From Macrostomum hystrix (lineage: Eukaryota; Animalia; Platyhelminthes), in assembly GCA_950097015.1 (NCBI GenBank), contig CATNEN010000039.1, positions 4,340,001 through 4,404,000 of the forward strand: a stretch of DNA of 64,000 nucleotides. The letters are read 5' to 3'. Below, in pieces: positions 62,154 to 64,000 of the stretch. Every line of letters begins with the position of its first letter. The first letter of the stretch is position 1. The notes beneath the pieces were generated by a model. It searched no databases. It was given only the letters and a program-made list of their open reading frames with translations, and had not been told where the DNA came from. Position numbers and translations under genes: made by a program.

Positions 62154-63509
62154 TCAGGGTCCAGTGGAAAAGTGCAGGTGGAATGCACAGTTGTAAAATG
62201 TCCCATTGATGGCGGAACGATGACAAATTCATCGCATGCATGCTGGCTTGAATCGTACGGTCCAGGTCAGGATTCGACGGCCCAGGCTGGTCAGGAGTCG
62301 TCATTGCACCAGCCCCAACAGAGGGTCTTGCGGCAGGCAAGGCGATTGATGCGACTGCCTTGGTATTGTCATTGCGTCCGATGGAACTGATGACGCTTGA
62401 TAAATTTGCCATTTCAGCATCGCGCTTCCGACTGTGCCGAAGGTAGCGCTCAGTGGCAGTCACGGACTTATGGCCAGTTATTGATCCAATGTCCTTGAGG
62501 GGTACACCATTTGCGTCGAGTTCAGTGACCACAGTAGCCCGGATGCAGTGTCCTGTGCACCTCTTGGTAAGCGCAGCAGCAGCAGAAATATAAGACATCA
62601 TATTTCCGAGCGTGTTGTGGCCAACAACCTACTTTGCAAAGACCAAGAAGCGTCTAATCCACGTGTGCGTGGGCGTAGAAAGAAATGCGCGCTGTTGACA
62701 TTCTCCTTGGACTTGGCCTCACCGATTTTCGTCATGTAGGTATCCAGCGCAGTATAGGGGCAGGGGCAACTAGCATTTCCAGTCTCAGCAAGCACCGACT
62801 GCTTCCTGTCTTCGCTAGTCTTCGTCTCCAGGCTGCCCCGAACATTTTTGGTTTCCATAGGAACGAGCTTAAAAGCTCGGCGACCGTTAATTAAAATTCT
62901 CTCAAAGGATTCCATGGAAAGCTTACGAAGCCATTCGCATCCTCGTAGTCCGAAGTGAAGCGCGATGAGATAGTAGACTTCGTGCTGTAGTTTTGTGGGA
63001 GTGGTACGATCGAACTAGTAGCGTAGTTTCGCACGTTTCAATCGACACAAACTGACGTACGGCGCCTCCGTTCTTCACAAAAGGCTGGCAGTGACTCGGA
63101 GCATCCTGTTTGCATTTGCGAATTGCTCATCAGCGATTATGTTGATCCCACGATTGCGCAGAAGGTAGCGAAAAAGGCCGGCTCTGGCTGTGATGAGCGT
63201 AGCAGGTGCATATAACGAGCCGTCCAGCTTCCGAATGAACGCATAGAAAATGCGTAAGGCCACAGCCAACTGTTCTACTTCGGCAGTAGCCAAAACACAG
63301 GCAACACCCTTCGCTTGCAAGACTTCACCAAACTTACGGACAGCCCAGTCCTCCTGCCTCATAGCTGATTTCGGCAAATTCTCCATTTCAAGTTGGTTCA
63401 GCTGTTCAGTCATTGTCTCAATCGTCGGATCATCTTCTTGAAAAAGTTCGTCAATAGCCGCAAGAGCCGCCTGATCCATATCGTCCACATCGAGTATCAT
63501 GGCGTCCAT
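62154..63509 (-). mobile_element. Second Crypton tyrosine recombinase, near full-length but disrupted
   Basis: FYAFIRKLDGSLYAPATL; HFGLRGCE (catalytic R); ETKN (K); CPY; TGHCIRAT (HxxR); ITGHKS..ERY (catalytic Y); C-terminal GTFYNCAF in a shifted frame; in-frame TAG near 63017 and frameshifts. Confidence 0.88.
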
Positions 63510-64000
63510 ATCCTTTCACGATCCATGCGATCCTTTATTTCGTATCAAGTAGAACCAGTCACATCACCTTACGACAGGTGAATCAACCCTAATGGGTATG
63601 AACAAGGCATGCCTCTGCCAACGGTTTTATACGATTATCACAGCTTAATCTATTCTCAGTGTGCCAGTTTTCTGTCACTTTCTTCCAACTAATCTGGACA
63701 AGAAAACTTCGCCCATAGACAGCCTTAGCGGTCATCAATCAAAATTCAAATTGGTGACCGCTGAAAGGCGTAGACTAAAACAAGCTACACCTTTTTCCAT
63801 TCTATTTTGGCAATCGTGCAATCAAAGTCAAAATCTTTTCATTCAATTCAGACAGTTTATGGTAGTTCTTGGCCGGACGTGCATTCAATTCCGACAAATG
63901 TGCTTTCAAAAGCGACAATTTTCAAACAAAGCAAACAAGCTACCACGAGAAACTGACACTTTGCAATCAATTCAAACAATTTGCAATCAATTCCGACACT

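Overview
Eukaryotic (metazoan) genomic DNA with GT-AG introns. GC-rich, polyQ-bearing exons sit among many locally amplified minisatellites. The style suggests a free-living flatworm such as Macrostomum, but this is inference only. Six host genes can be assembled. On the + strand: a NIPA-family Mg transporter (3 exons), a C7orf31/SPMIP4-like axonemal protein (8 exons) and an intronless thrombospondin-type-1 single-pass membrane protein. On the - strand, a co-oriented trio GTPBP10 - SFI1-like - MRPS28, which may be an SL trans-spliced operon. Mobile DNA includes a Gypsy integrase remnant, two hAT MITEs with 8-bp TSDs, tRNA-derived SINEs, another MITE family, two decayed Crypton tyrosine-recombinase elements and a THAP/P-element transposase remnant. 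The most striking detail is a 32-bp TIR-TIR palindrome between perfect 8-bp TSDs at 60624-60671, beside the P-type transposase. It has the structure of a Drosophila P-element excision footprint. Most long ORFs in the supplied track are minisatellite artefacts. Protein family calls are from recalled motifs, not database searches.
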